Under the pieces are notes generated by a model. The model was not told the DNA's origin. It saw nothing but the letters and a program-made list of their open reading frames with translations, and searched no databases. Below are positions 9,842 through 18,838 of a stretch of DNA of 39,822 nt, piece after piece (the stretch's first letter is position 1; each line of letters begins with the position of its first letter). Origin of the DNA: Gammaproteobacteria bacterium RIFCSPHIGHO2_12_FULL_37_34. Its GTDB lineage: Bacteria > Pseudomonadota > Gammaproteobacteria > DSM-16500. The stretch covers positions 1 to 39,822 of the forward strand of contig MGXW01000068.1 in the NCBI GenBank assembly GCA_001801495.1. The letters run 5' to 3'. The translations under genes and the position numbers were made by a program.

Positions 9842-11009
9842 TTATTCTTTAAAAATTTCAGGAATATTCTCCCAATTAATAATATGTATATTTTTTATGC
9901 GTTGTTGCTTTTCATTGCCAGCATAGATTAAATATTCATTCGTTTTGCTAGAAGTGATTTCTTGCCAGCGCAATAATGATTTGAAAATATCTTGGGTTAA
10001 TGTTTGTGTAGATTTGATTTCAATGGATTTAAATTCGTTACCACGCTCAATAATACAATCGACTTCATCACCACGATGATCTCGCCAAAAGTAAACATTG
10101 GGAACTTTGCCACTGTTATAATAGCATTTAATAATTTCGCTGATAATAAATCCTTCGAAAATTCCACCTCTCGTACCATGTATACTTAAATGTTGTGGAG
10201 AATCAATTTCTAATAAATGCGCAACTAATCCTGAATCATAAAAATATAATTTAGGAGTTTTGATTAATCGTTTATTAAAATTTTTATGATAAGGCCGTAA
10301 AAGAAAAATAATATAACTAGTTTCTAATAAGTTAATCCATGTTTTTGCTGTGGTGAGCGATATGCCAGCATCAATTGCTAAAGAAGCTAGATTGAGTAAC
10401 TGAGCATGGCGTCCGGCACATAATTTTAAAAACCGATGAAACACAACAACATCTTTAATATTAATGATTTGCCTAACATCGCGTTCGATATAAGTTTTGA
10501 TATAACTTTGATACCATAAGTGATGATCCAAGTTTTCTTTATAGGGTCTTGGATAGCTACCAAAATAAAGATATTCCCATACTGAATATTCTTTCAAAGC
10601 TTTTTGGGTTAAAAATTCTTGATAAGTTAAAGGTAACAGTTCCAATAGAGCACTTCGACCTGCTAAAGATTGTGATACCCGTTCCAATAACAAGAAGTTT
10701 TGCGAACCCGATAAAATAAATTGTTTTGCCCGTGGCGTTGCATCCACGTACTCTTGAATATAAGAAAAAATTTCAGGTAAATTCTGGATTTCATCAAAAA
10801 TAATTCCTTTGTCCAGATGAAGATTAATGTATCCACGCGGATCGGATCTTATCTAAGGTATCCGGAGCCTCTAACAAACAATATTCCATTGTTGGGAAAA
10901 GCGTGCGCAGTAAAGTAGTTTTCCCACTTTGTCTTGGTCCAGTTAATACAATGACTGGGAAATCTGATGCTTTTTGTATTATAAAGTCACTTAATGCTCG
11001 AATGAACAC
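9842..11009 (-). pseudogene. Frameshifted AAA+ ATPase with DUF4143 / PD-(D/E)XK-like C-terminus
   Basis: The N-terminal part 11009-10824 carries Walker A GPRQSGKTT. A different frame continues DPRGYINLHLDKGIIFDEIQ...SGSQ...SLAGR...KTPKLYFYDSGL...EVD...IEIK. The frame switch is at GATCCGATCC (10839-10848). Confidence 0.88.
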
Positions 11010-11045
11010 AATATTAACTTATTATTTTTCAAAGAATTAACATGG

Positions 11046-11086
11046 TTTGTGTAAAATATAAAGTATAACTTCGTATTTTACACAAA
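11046..11086. promoter_or_regulatory. 13-bp perfect inverted repeat upstream of the AAA+ gene (candidate operator)
   Basis: TTTGTGTAAAATA (11046-11058) and TATTTTACACAAA (11074-11086), with inner AAGT-ATA-ACTT pairing; 37 nt upstream of the GTG start. Confidence 0.55.
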
Positions 11087-11242
11087 ATAACAGGTCTAAG
11101 CAAATGCTTTGCTTTTTATCGTTTTATACTCGATGTTCTAGTTTTCTCACGGGCACGATTAGGTCAATGAAAATGCTGAATAGATACAAAAAATCAAGCT
11201 TTTTCTTTTGCGCGTTTTAAAACTTCTTTTATTAATTCACGA

Positions 11243-11285
11243 GTAACTCCCCAGGGCAGGGTCCATACATGACCTGAGGAGTTAC
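11243..11285. repeat. GC-rich imperfect inverted repeat (14 of 16 bp)
   Basis: GTAACTCCCCAGGGCA (11243-11258) vs TGACCTGAGGAGTTAC (11270-11285), with an 11-nt loop. Confidence 0.6.
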
Positions 11286-11422
11286 AAATAAAGTATATTA
11301 AAAATACATAATTTATCTTCTTTTTTTGGCATTTTATATATTATTGAAATAAATTTATACTAATTTGACTGTTGATAATTATATGCTATAGTATTCATAT
11401 GTCCTAAATTGGCGATATAACC

Positions 11423-11851
11423 ATGCGTGTAAAATACACAGAAAGCATAGAATACAAAGCTTTTAACTGTCTAAAATCGATTCGCAGTAGTGTTGTATTG
11501 CGCAAGGATTTCAATAACCTTGGTTCCTATCGGCAAGTAAGTCGTGTATTAAATAAACTCATCGCTAAAAAAAAACTGGTAAAGATTGGCGCCGGTATTT
11601 ATGCTAAAACTTATCTTTCCAAATACTCCAACATTCCTCTAGTCAAAAACGGCATAGATTCCACCCTCAGGGAAGCATTAAAACGTTTAGGCATTGTTTA
11701 TGAGCCAGGTAGCGCAGAAAAAGAATACAACGAAGGGAAAACAACACAAGTTCCTATGCGCAACATTGTGAGATTAAAAAACCGTTGCCGACGTCGTATT
11801 GGTTATAGAAATAGTGAATTAATATTTGAGAAAAATATCAATGCTAAATAA
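11423..11851 (+). CDS. Type IV TA antitoxin, AbiEi-like winged-helix (DUF6088-like)
   Basis: VVLRKDF..LGSYRQVSRVLNKL....LVKIGAGIYAK and YNEGKTTQVP; overlaps the downstream nucleotidyltransferase gene. Confidence 0.78.
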   Translation: MRVKYTESIEYKAFNCLKSIRSSVVLRKDFNNLGSYRQVSRVLNKLIAKKKLVKIGAGIYAKTYLSKYSNIPLVKNGIDSTLREALKRLGIVYEPGSAEKEYNEGKTTQVPMRNIVRLKNRCRRRIGYRNSELIFEKNINAK

Positions 11852-12800
11852 AAAGGATTTGCAAGAATTAATCGAAGTAGCACGACAACATATTAATTTA
11901 CCTGCGGCTGTTATTGAAAAAGATTATTATGTCACTCAAACCATTCATGCCCTTTCAAACATTGAAAGTGAATGCTTTCGCTTAGTGTTTGCTGGTGGAA
12001 CGTGCCTTGCTAAAGCACATAAAATTGTAAATCGTATGTCAGAGGACATCGATTTTAAAATTGAAATAAAAAAAGACAACAATTTTAGCCGGTCTCGCCT
12101 GATTAAAGAATTAAAAGAATTTCGTTCGAAAATGAAGTCATCACTTATAGTCCCTGGTCTCACAGTAAGCGAAGATCTTGTTTGCAATGAGGGCAAATAT
12201 CAGCGAGTTATATTGAAATATCCTTGTTCCTCTCAAATTAATTCTACATTAAGACCCGATCTTTTACTCGAATTTACACTATCAGATATTCGCTTTTCTA
12301 TTGAAAATTTATCGGTCAAAACAATCATAGAAAGTGTTTTAAAAGAAATAACGCTATTTTCATCGCCACAAACACAATGCGTATCAATAGGTGAAACAGC
12401 TATTGAAAAATGGGTTGGGCTAACCCGTCGCATTATAGCCATTGAGCGTGAATATCATCATGATGATCCAACCCTAGTACGACATATCTATGATTTAAAC
12501 GCAATCAAACAGGCAGAGAAAATTAATGCTGATTTTGTTACTTTAGCCAAATCCATTGTTAACAATGATGCTAAGCAATTCAAAAATCAACATCCTGAAT
12601 ATTCAGCGGACCCAAGTGCTGAAATTAGCAGATCCCTCACATTACTGAAAAACAAGCCACTCTGGAAAAAACGGTACCAAGAATTTATTGAAACAATGGT
12701 ATACAACAGCATTGCTATACAAGATTACGTGAGTGCGATAAAAAATTTAGATAACCTCAGCAAAACCATTATCGCTTCTCTAACTCATCCTCAGCAATAA
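11841..12800 (+). CDS. AbiEii/AbiGii-family nucleotidyltransferase toxin (type IV TA)
   Basis: IEKDYYV, FAGGTCLAKAH, RMSEDIDF, EK, RHIYDL. ATG at 11841 preferred over TTG at 11826. Confidence 0.9.
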   Translation: MLNKKDLQELIEVARQHINLPAAVIEKDYYVTQTIHALSNIESECFRLVFAGGTCLAKAHKIVNRMSEDIDFKIEIKKDNNFSRSRLIKELKEFRSKMKSSLIVPGLTVSEDLVCNEGKYQRVILKYPCSSQINSTLRPDLLLEFTLSDIRFSIENLSVKTIIESVLKEITLFSSPQTQCVSIGETAIEKWVGLTRRIIAIEREYHHDDPTLVRHIYDLNAIKQAEKINADFVTLAKSIVNNDAKQFKNQHPEYSADPSAEISRSLTLLKNKPLWKKRYQEFIETMVYNSIAIQDYVSAIKNLDNLSKTIIASLTHPQQ

Positions 12801-12930
12801 AGTCTGTTGACATATACCCATTGCACTTCAAGATGCTTTATGCATAAGCACTAAACCAGGTTATTCAATCCTTGACGTTGTCCTCAAAATAAAATTAAAT
12901 GGCTTATAACCTTAATGAAATAGAATTCCT

Positions 12931-15165
12931 ATGTCAGCTACCGCTACTATCGAACATATTCCGCTGCGTGAATACGCAGAAAAAGCATACCTCGATTATT
13001 CCATGTACGTTATTTTGGACCGCGCCTTACCGCATATTGGTGATGGTTTAAAACCAGTGCAACGACGCATCATCTATGCGATGTCAGAACTTGGTTTAAA
13101 ATCGACAGCCAAATTCAAGAAATCAGCAAGAACGGTTGGTGATGTCTTAGGTAAATTCCATCCGCATGGTGATATGGCTTGTTATGAAGCATTAGTGTTA
13201 ATGTCGCAACCCTTTTCTTATCGCTATCCTTTAATCCAAGGGCAAGGGAATTTCGGCTCACCCGATGATCCTAAATCGTTTGCAGCCATGCGCTATACAG
13301 AATCACGCTTATCGCTTTATGCAGATGCCTTATTGTCTGAATTAGAAGCAGGAACGGTTGATTGGGCGCTTAATTTTGATGGCACCTTACAAGAGCCTGT
13401 TTTATTACCCGCACAACTACCTAACATTTTATTAAACGGCACCACAGGAATTGCTGTGGGTATGGCAACCGACATTCCACCACACAATGTGGGTGAAGTC
13501 ATTCATGCGCTTGTCTATTTACTGGATTATCCTGAAGCAACGCTTACTGATATTTGCAAATGTATTCCAGGCCCTGATTACCCTACTCAAGCTGAAATTA
13601 TTACACTTCAATCCGAATTAAAAGCGATGTATAAAACGGGTAATGGCTCGGTGCGTATGCGAGCAGTGTACACAGAAGAAGATAGTGAAATCATCATTAC
13701 TGCTTTGCCTTATCAAGTATCCGGTGGAAAAATTCTTGAGCAAATTGCACAACAAATGCAAGAGAAAAAACTACCTTTAGTTTCAGATTTACGTGATGAA
13801 TCCGATCATGAAAATCCCACGCGATTAGTTATTATTCCCCGTTCAAATCGAGTAGACGTAGAAGCGCTCATGAATCATCTATTTGCAACAACCGATCTTG
13901 AGCGCAGTTATCGTGTTAATTTAAATATGATCGGATTAAATGGCCGACCACAAGTAAAAGGGTTGATTGAAATTTTAAATGAATGGTTAAGCTATCGCAC
14001 AACGACTGTTAAACGTCGTTTACAATATCGATTGGATACGATTAATCATCGCTTACATATTTTAGAAGGTCTTGTCATTGTTTATCTTCATTTAGATGAG
14101 ATCATTAAAATTATTCGAAAAGAAGATGAACCAAAACGCATATTAATGAAGCGTTTCAAATTAAGTGAAGAACAAGTGGATGCTATTTTGGATACCAAAT
14201 TACGCCACTTAGCAAAACTTGAAGAAATACAAATGCGTAAAGAACAAGAAACATTATCTAACGAACGCGATGATATTCAAAAAACATTGGGTTCATCCGT
14301 ACGATTAAAAAAATTTATTCGTACTGAATTACTTCAGCTTTCCGAAAAATATAGCGATAAACGAAAATCGCCCATTGTGGTTCGCCAAGAAGCGCAAGCG
14401 ATCAAAGAAACAGAAATTTTGCCAACAGAAGCAATTACAGTTGTTATTTCTAATCGTGGTTGGGTGCGAGCAGCGAAAGGCCATGATATTGATCCCAACA
14501 CTTTGAGCTACAAAGCTGGGGATGCATTCCAATCTGCAGCCATCGGGCGTAGCAATCAAATAGCCGTGTTTCTTGATACCACGGGACGCGCTTATTCTTT
14601 GCCCGCACATACACTACCTTCAGCGCGTGGCCAAGGCGAACCGCTGACAGGAAAACTCACACCTCCTCCTGGTGCTGAATTTATAGGTGTGATGTTGGGT
14701 GAGCCTGATCAACTTTATTTACTAGCATCCGATGCTGGCTATGGATTTATTGTAAAACTTGGTGATTTACATGGTAAAAATCGTGCGGGCAAAACTGCTT
14801 TATCATTGCCCAAACAGTCCAAACCGCTGATACCAAAATTAATTACCGATATTGAAAAAGAATTTGTTGCCATTGCCTCAACGATGGGCCATTTGCTTAT
14901 TTTTCCATTGAAAGCGTTACCACAACTTGGCAAAGGGAAAGGAAATAAATTAATAAATATTCCGAGTGTCAAAGTAGCATTACGCGATGAATTTGTAAAA
15001 GATATTGCTGTATTAAATAACAATCAGCAGTTGATTATTTTAAATGATGGTAAGCCTTACGCGTTGAAACTAAAAGACTGGCAACATTTCATCGGCGAAC
15101 GTAGTCAACGTGGGCTGAAGTTGCCCCGTGGAATAAGACATGTGATTGGGTTAAAAGTTGAGTAA
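12931..15165 (+). CDS. parC: DNA topoisomerase IV subunit A
   Basis: [43 protein letters not shown], catalytic [17 protein letters not shown]. Confidence 0.97.
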   Translation: MSATATIEHIPLREYAEKAYLDYSMYVILDRALPHIGDGLKPVQRRIIYAMSELGLKSTAKFKKSARTVGDVLGKFHPHGDMACYEALVLMSQPFSYRYPLIQGQGNFGSPDDPKSFAAMRYTESRLSLYADALLSELEAGTVDWALNFDGTLQEPVLLPAQLPNILLNGTTGIAVGMATDIPPHNVGEVIHALVYLLDYPEATLTDICKCIPGPDYPTQAEIITLQSELKAMYKTGNGSVRMRAVYTEEDSEIIITALPYQVSGGKILEQIAQQMQEKKLPLVSDLRDESDHENPTRLVIIPRSNRVDVEALMNHLFATTDLERSYRVNLNMIGLNGRPQVKGLIEILNEWLSYRTTTVKRRLQYRLDTINHRLHILEGLVIVYLHLDEIIKIIRKEDEPKRILMKRFKLSEEQVDAILDTKLRHLAKLEEIQMRKEQETLSNERDDIQKTLGSSVRLKKFIRTELLQLSEKYSDKRKSPIVVRQEAQAIKETEILPTEAITVVISNRGWVRAAKGHDIDPNTLSYKAGDAFQSAAIGRSNQIAVFLDTTGRAYSLPAHTLPSARGQGEPLTGKLTPPPGAEFIGVMLGEPDQLYLLASDAGYGFIVKLGDLHGKNRAGKTALSLPKQSKPLIPKLITDIEKEFVAIASTMGHLLIFPLKALPQLGKGKGNKLINIPSVKVALRDEFVKDIAVLNNNQQLIILNDGKPYALKLKDWQHFIGERSQRGLKLPRGIRHVIGLKVE

Positions 15166-15239
15166 CAAGGCTACATACTTATTTTACAAAAAACGAACAA
15201 CTATTTTGGGGTTGCGTTATTCTTACAAGGAGAAGTCAC

Positions 15240-16334
15240 ATGCGATGTATAACTATTTGGCGCATTCTTGGTTTGTCACTTATATGCATGATCACATTGC
15301 TTACAACTGCTTTAGCATGTACCGGCATACAACTGAAAGCAAACGATGGTAGTTATGTAAATGGCCGCACTGTTGAATTTGGTCTCAACCTTGATTTAGC
15401 TGGAATAATTGTACCTAGAAATTATCCTTGCAAAGGCACGCTACCAGATGGCAGTACAGGAATGATTTATCGCACTAAATATGCGGCTGTTGGTGGTGGC
15501 ATGTTTGGATCAACTGATATTGCAGATGGTGTAAATGAAAAAGGCTTGGCAATTGGTGCATTTTATTTTCCTGATTATGCTGTTTATGCCACTATTACAC
15601 CCGCCAATAAAAATCGCGCTCTCTCTCCTACAGAATTTTCAAATTGGGTATTAACCCAATTTGAAACTGTGGATGAAGTCAAACAAGGCGTTCAATCTGT
15701 AGTGATTGCTCCAACCACTCCTAAGGGTTGGCCCGTATTACCACCTTTTCATTATGTTATCTACGATAAAACCGGCAAAAGCATTGCTATCGAACCGATC
15801 AATGGACAACTAAAAATTTGGGACAATCCGCTTGGCGTATTTACAAATTCACCCACCTTCGATTGGCACCTGACTAATTTAACGAATTACATTAATCTTT
15901 CACCAATAAATGTTACAACAGCTCTGTTGGGTACTCTAAAACTGCAACAATTTGGATCAGGATCGGGGTTGCATGGCATACCTGGTGATTTTACTCCCCC
16001 TTCTCGATTTGTGCGCGCAGCATTTTATTCCACTACTTCCATTCCAACTGATAAAGCAGAACAAACCGTATTTCGTGCATTCCATATTTTGAATCATTTT
16101 GATATTCCTTATGGTGCTGTACTGAGTGTGAATGGTAACCAAGACATTCCCGAATACACCTTGGTCACTACCGTTAAAGATACACAAAATTTGAAATATT
16201 ATTTCAGAGCATTTGAAGATCAGAATATTAAAATGGTGGATCTAAACGCATTTGATTTGAATGGGAAAACAATTAAAACATTTAGTATGCAAGGCAATCA
16301 AACGGTGCAAGATATCTCGAAAAGCGCAATTTAA
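15240..16334 (+). CDS. Secreted choloylglycine hydrolase / penicillin V acylase family (Ntn hydrolase, C59)
   Basis: Signal peptide ending TALA, then nucleophile CTG; GRTVEF, DGVNEKGL, TNSPTFDWH, GIPGDFTPPSRFVRA. Confidence 0.92.
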   Translation: MRCITIWRILGLSLICMITLLTTALACTGIQLKANDGSYVNGRTVEFGLNLDLAGIIVPRNYPCKGTLPDGSTGMIYRTKYAAVGGGMFGSTDIADGVNEKGLAIGAFYFPDYAVYATITPANKNRALSPTEFSNWVLTQFETVDEVKQGVQSVVIAPTTPKGWPVLPPFHYVIYDKTGKSIAIEPINGQLKIWDNPLGVFTNSPTFDWHLTNLTNYINLSPINVTTALLGTLKLQQFGSGSGLHGIPGDFTPPSRFVRAAFYSTTSIPTDKAEQTVFRAFHILNHFDIPYGAVLSVNGNQDIPEYTLVTTVKDTQNLKYYFRAFEDQNIKMVDLNAFDLNGKTIKTFSMQGNQTVQDISKSAI

Positions 16335-16397
16335 TCTATAGTTTTAGAGGCATGGCTGATTTCTCATTATCTAACGGAATGGTTGCTTTATTTAACC

Positions 16398-16428
16398 TAT
16401 ATGATATACTTGTATTATATATGATATA
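16398..16428 (+). promoter_or_regulatory. Direct repeat TATATGATATA x2, candidate antitoxin operator/promoter
   Basis: Copies at 16398-16408 and 16418-16428 (20-bp period), each containing a TATGAT -10-like hexamer, just upstream of the TA operon. Confidence 0.4.
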
Positions 16429-16451
16429 TACGTATTTCAACGGGGTCATTT

Positions 16452-16664
16452 ATGTTAGCCATACGTCTGCCAGATGCAATTGAAAAAAGGCTTGGTGCTT
16501 TAGCAAAAAAAACCGGTCGCACAAAAACTTATTATGTGCGAGAAGCCGTCATAGAGCATCTTGAAGAATTAGAAGATATTTATCTATCATTGGATAGATT
16601 AGAAAAACCTGCAAAACGATGGTCATTAGAAGATTTGGAGAAAGAAATTGATTTGGATCGTTGA
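16452..16664 (+). CDS. Ribbon-helix-helix antitoxin (RelB/CopG-like)
   Basis: MLAIRLP..IEKRL..LAKKTGRTKTYYVREA with an acidic C-terminus; overlaps the toxin gene. Confidence 0.9.
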   Translation: MLAIRLPDAIEKRLGALAKKTGRTKTYYVREAVIEHLEELEDIYLSLDRLEKPAKRWSLEDLEKEIDLDR

Positions 16665-16917
16665 ATGGGATGACCGTGCTAGAAAAGAGCTAAGAAAACT
16701 AGATAAAAAACTTCAAAAAGATATCCTAACCTATTTTCGAAAACGAATTGCTGTTGATGCTGATCCAAGGCGATTTGGCAAACCATTATCGTATGATAAA
16801 CATGGGTTATGGCGTTATAGAGTACAGAATACACGTATCATTTGTCGTATTGAGGAAAATGAATTTTTGGTTCTTGTCATCAAAGTAGCTCATCGAAAAG
16901 AAGTATATGATCACTAA
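16648..16917 (+). CDS. RelE/ParE-family type II toxin
   Basis: ARKELRKLD, DPRRFGKPL, LWRYRV..RII, VLVIKVAHRKEVY; TTG start. Confidence 0.92.
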   Translation: MIWIVEWDDRARKELRKLDKKLQKDILTYFRKRIAVDADPRRFGKPLSYDKHGLWRYRVQNTRIICRIEENEFLVLVIKVAHRKEVYDH

Positions 16918-16918
16918 A

Positions 16919-17386
16919 TCAATGTTGCTCTTTAGCAGGCATAGCTGATTCCCAAAAACGAATAGCGGCATTCATCCATTCATTGTAAGCTTCTTGAAAT
17001 GATTGTGAATGCAATGTGTTTTGATAAGTCGCTTGACAACAATGCGTCCATAAATCAAATAATTCTTTCATGTTTTGAATAGGGTTTTCTTGCTTTAATC
17101 GATTACTCCATTGATCAAACAGAAGTTCGCATGCATCGTTATACATTTTTTTAAGCAATCGTAAATATACTTGATGCGCTTTTTGCTCTTCGGTTAACTG
17201 CATAAACTCCCATTGTTGTTTAAAAACATCCAAACATTGTCGCATGAGTTGTAACTGTTCTTCTAAACCAATGGATTTTTCTTTTTCAAAAAAATATGTA
17301 AAATTTTTTTCTACAGTTTCGAAAAACGTTTTACTTTGTTTTATCCATAATTCATGCCAATTAAACGAATTAAAAGTTGTCGTCAT
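16919..17386 (-). CDS. Short PhaE-like protein (class III PHA synthase subunit family)
   Basis: The C-terminus MKELFDLWTHCCQATYQNTLHSQSFQEAYNEWMNA resembles the conserved PhaE block; ATGA overlap with the upstream PhaJ fusion. Confidence 0.65.
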   Translation of the reverse strand: MTTTFNSFNWHELWIKQSKTFFETVEKNFTYFFEKEKSIGLEEQLQLMRQCLDVFKQQWEFMQLTEEQKAHQVYLRLLKKMYNDACELLFDQWSNRLKQENPIQNMKELFDLWTHCCQATYQNTLHSQSFQEAYNEWMNAAIRFWESAMPAKEQH

Positions 17387-18786
17387 AATGATCCCTTTTT
17401 ATGATATTCATGTTCCTGATGCGTATTTAATATCGCAAGTGCACACGAAACTGTACTCAAGTAAATATCTTGGATATGGCTCATTAACACCGGCACACGT
17501 CCACCTAATACTAATCCAGCATTACGCGATTCAGCCAAATATTCAAGTTGCTCAGCAACAATATTGCCTGTTTCTACATTTGGCACCACTAAAATATCTG
17601 CTTCGCCAATCACGGGTGAAGCAATCCCCTTGGCTTTGGCGACTTCAACTGAAATGACATTATCAAATGTTAATGGACCATCTAATATTCCACCATGAAT
17701 TTGTTTACGTTCAGCCATTTTACACAATGCAGCTGCATCAATGGTTGATCGCATCGCTGAATTAACCATATCCGTACCAGCTAAAATGGCTACTTTAGGT
17801 TCAGTTATCCCTAATGCCAAAGCAAAATCGATAGCGTTTTGGGTAATATGGCGTTTCACATCTAAACTGGGATCAATATTAATAAGTGAATCAGTTAAAA
17901 TAAGAGCCTTATGATAAGTTGGCACATCCAACACCACAGCATGACTCATGGTATGATCAGTTAACAAACCTTTATCTACTTTCTGCATAGCACGTAACAA
18001 ATCTTCTCGATGCGCACCTCCGCGAATCAATATTTCTACTTTTCCTTCTCTAGCCATATTAATCGTTTTATTAATCGCAGCAAGGCTATGCTCAACATCT
18101 AAGATTTCATATTGACTCACATCAACTTTCGCTCGTTCAGCAACCTCTTTAATACGTGATCGTGGACCTATTAGTATAGGTTCAATCAATCCTGCTTGTT
18201 GTGCATGATTAATAGCTGCAATAATTGTTTCATGCACAGGATAAATGACACCTGCTCGCAACGATCCCAGCTCTTTTGCTTTTGCTAAATAAGGTTTAAA
18301 TAAAGAATACGGTCGACGCAAAGTAATCTCGGGTAAAATAGCTTTTGGTCGACGAATTTTTTTACTAGGTGCAATGACTTCTGCTTGTCCTTCCATGACC
18401 ACTTCATCCTTTTGATTGCGGCATTCACAAGAAAAAATAACACGATTTTTTTCTGGTTTTTTTTCAATAGCAGTAACAGTTACTGTTAACGTATCACCAA
18501 TAGCCACTGGTTTTTTAAATCGTATAGTTTGTCCTACATAAATCGTGCCGGGTCCAGGCAATTGTGTTCCCAACACTGTTGAAATCAATGCGCCACCCCA
18601 CATACCATGGCCAATTATTTTATGAAACATTTCGCTTTGAGCATATTCGATATCGACATGCGCGGGATTAATATCACCCGACATAATCGCAAACACTTGA
18701 ATATCTTTCTCGGTTAAAGTGCGCGAGAGGCTCGCCGTATCACCAACTTGGATTTCATCAAACGTTTTGTTTTCTAAATAGTCCAT
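17383..18786 (-). CDS. Bifunctional (R)-specific enoyl-CoA hydratase (MaoC/PhaJ) / phosphate acyltransferase-like protein
   Basis: MaoC motifs SGDINPAHVD, HGMW, GTQLPGPGTIY; PTA/PTB motifs IEPILIG, PKVAIL, DAAALCKMAER, DGPL, GEADILVVP. Confidence 0.92.
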   Translation of the reverse strand: MDYLENKTFDEIQVGDTASLSRTLTEKDIQVFAIMSGDINPAHVDIEYAQSEMFHKIIGHGMWGGALISTVLGTQLPGPGTIYVGQTIRFKKPVAIGDTLTVTVTAIEKKPEKNRVIFSCECRNQKDEVVMEGQAEVIAPSKKIRRPKAILPEITLRRPYSLFKPYLAKAKELGSLRAGVIYPVHETIIAAINHAQQAGLIEPILIGPRSRIKEVAERAKVDVSQYEILDVEHSLAAINKTINMAREGKVEILIRGGAHREDLLRAMQKVDKGLLTDHTMSHAVVLDVPTYHKALILTDSLINIDPSLDVKRHITQNAIDFALALGITEPKVAILAGTDMVNSAMRSTIDAAALCKMAERKQIHGGILDGPLTFDNVISVEVAKAKGIASPVIGEADILVVPNVETGNIVAEQLEYLAESRNAGLVLGGRVPVLMSHIQDIYLSTVSCALAILNTHQEHEYHKKGSL

Positions 18787-18838
18787 GTGAGAGCCTTATG
18801 TATCATACTTTATTTTAACATATATCGTAAGGCTTAAT

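Noticed and set aside
11194-11340. Minus-strand open frame ending GHVWTLPWGVTRELIKEVLKRAKEKA
   Set aside because: Looks protein-like but has no usable start codon or RBS; at most an unidentifiable gene remnant.
15158-15352. 64-aa ORF bridging parC and the hydrolase gene
   Set aside because: TTG start, overlaps both neighbours out of frame, no motif.
18792-18834. 9-bp stem AGCCTTATG/CGTAAGGCT upstream of the PhaJ fusion
   Set aside because: Short stem with a 25-nt loop; could easily be chance and cannot be assigned as terminator or regulator.
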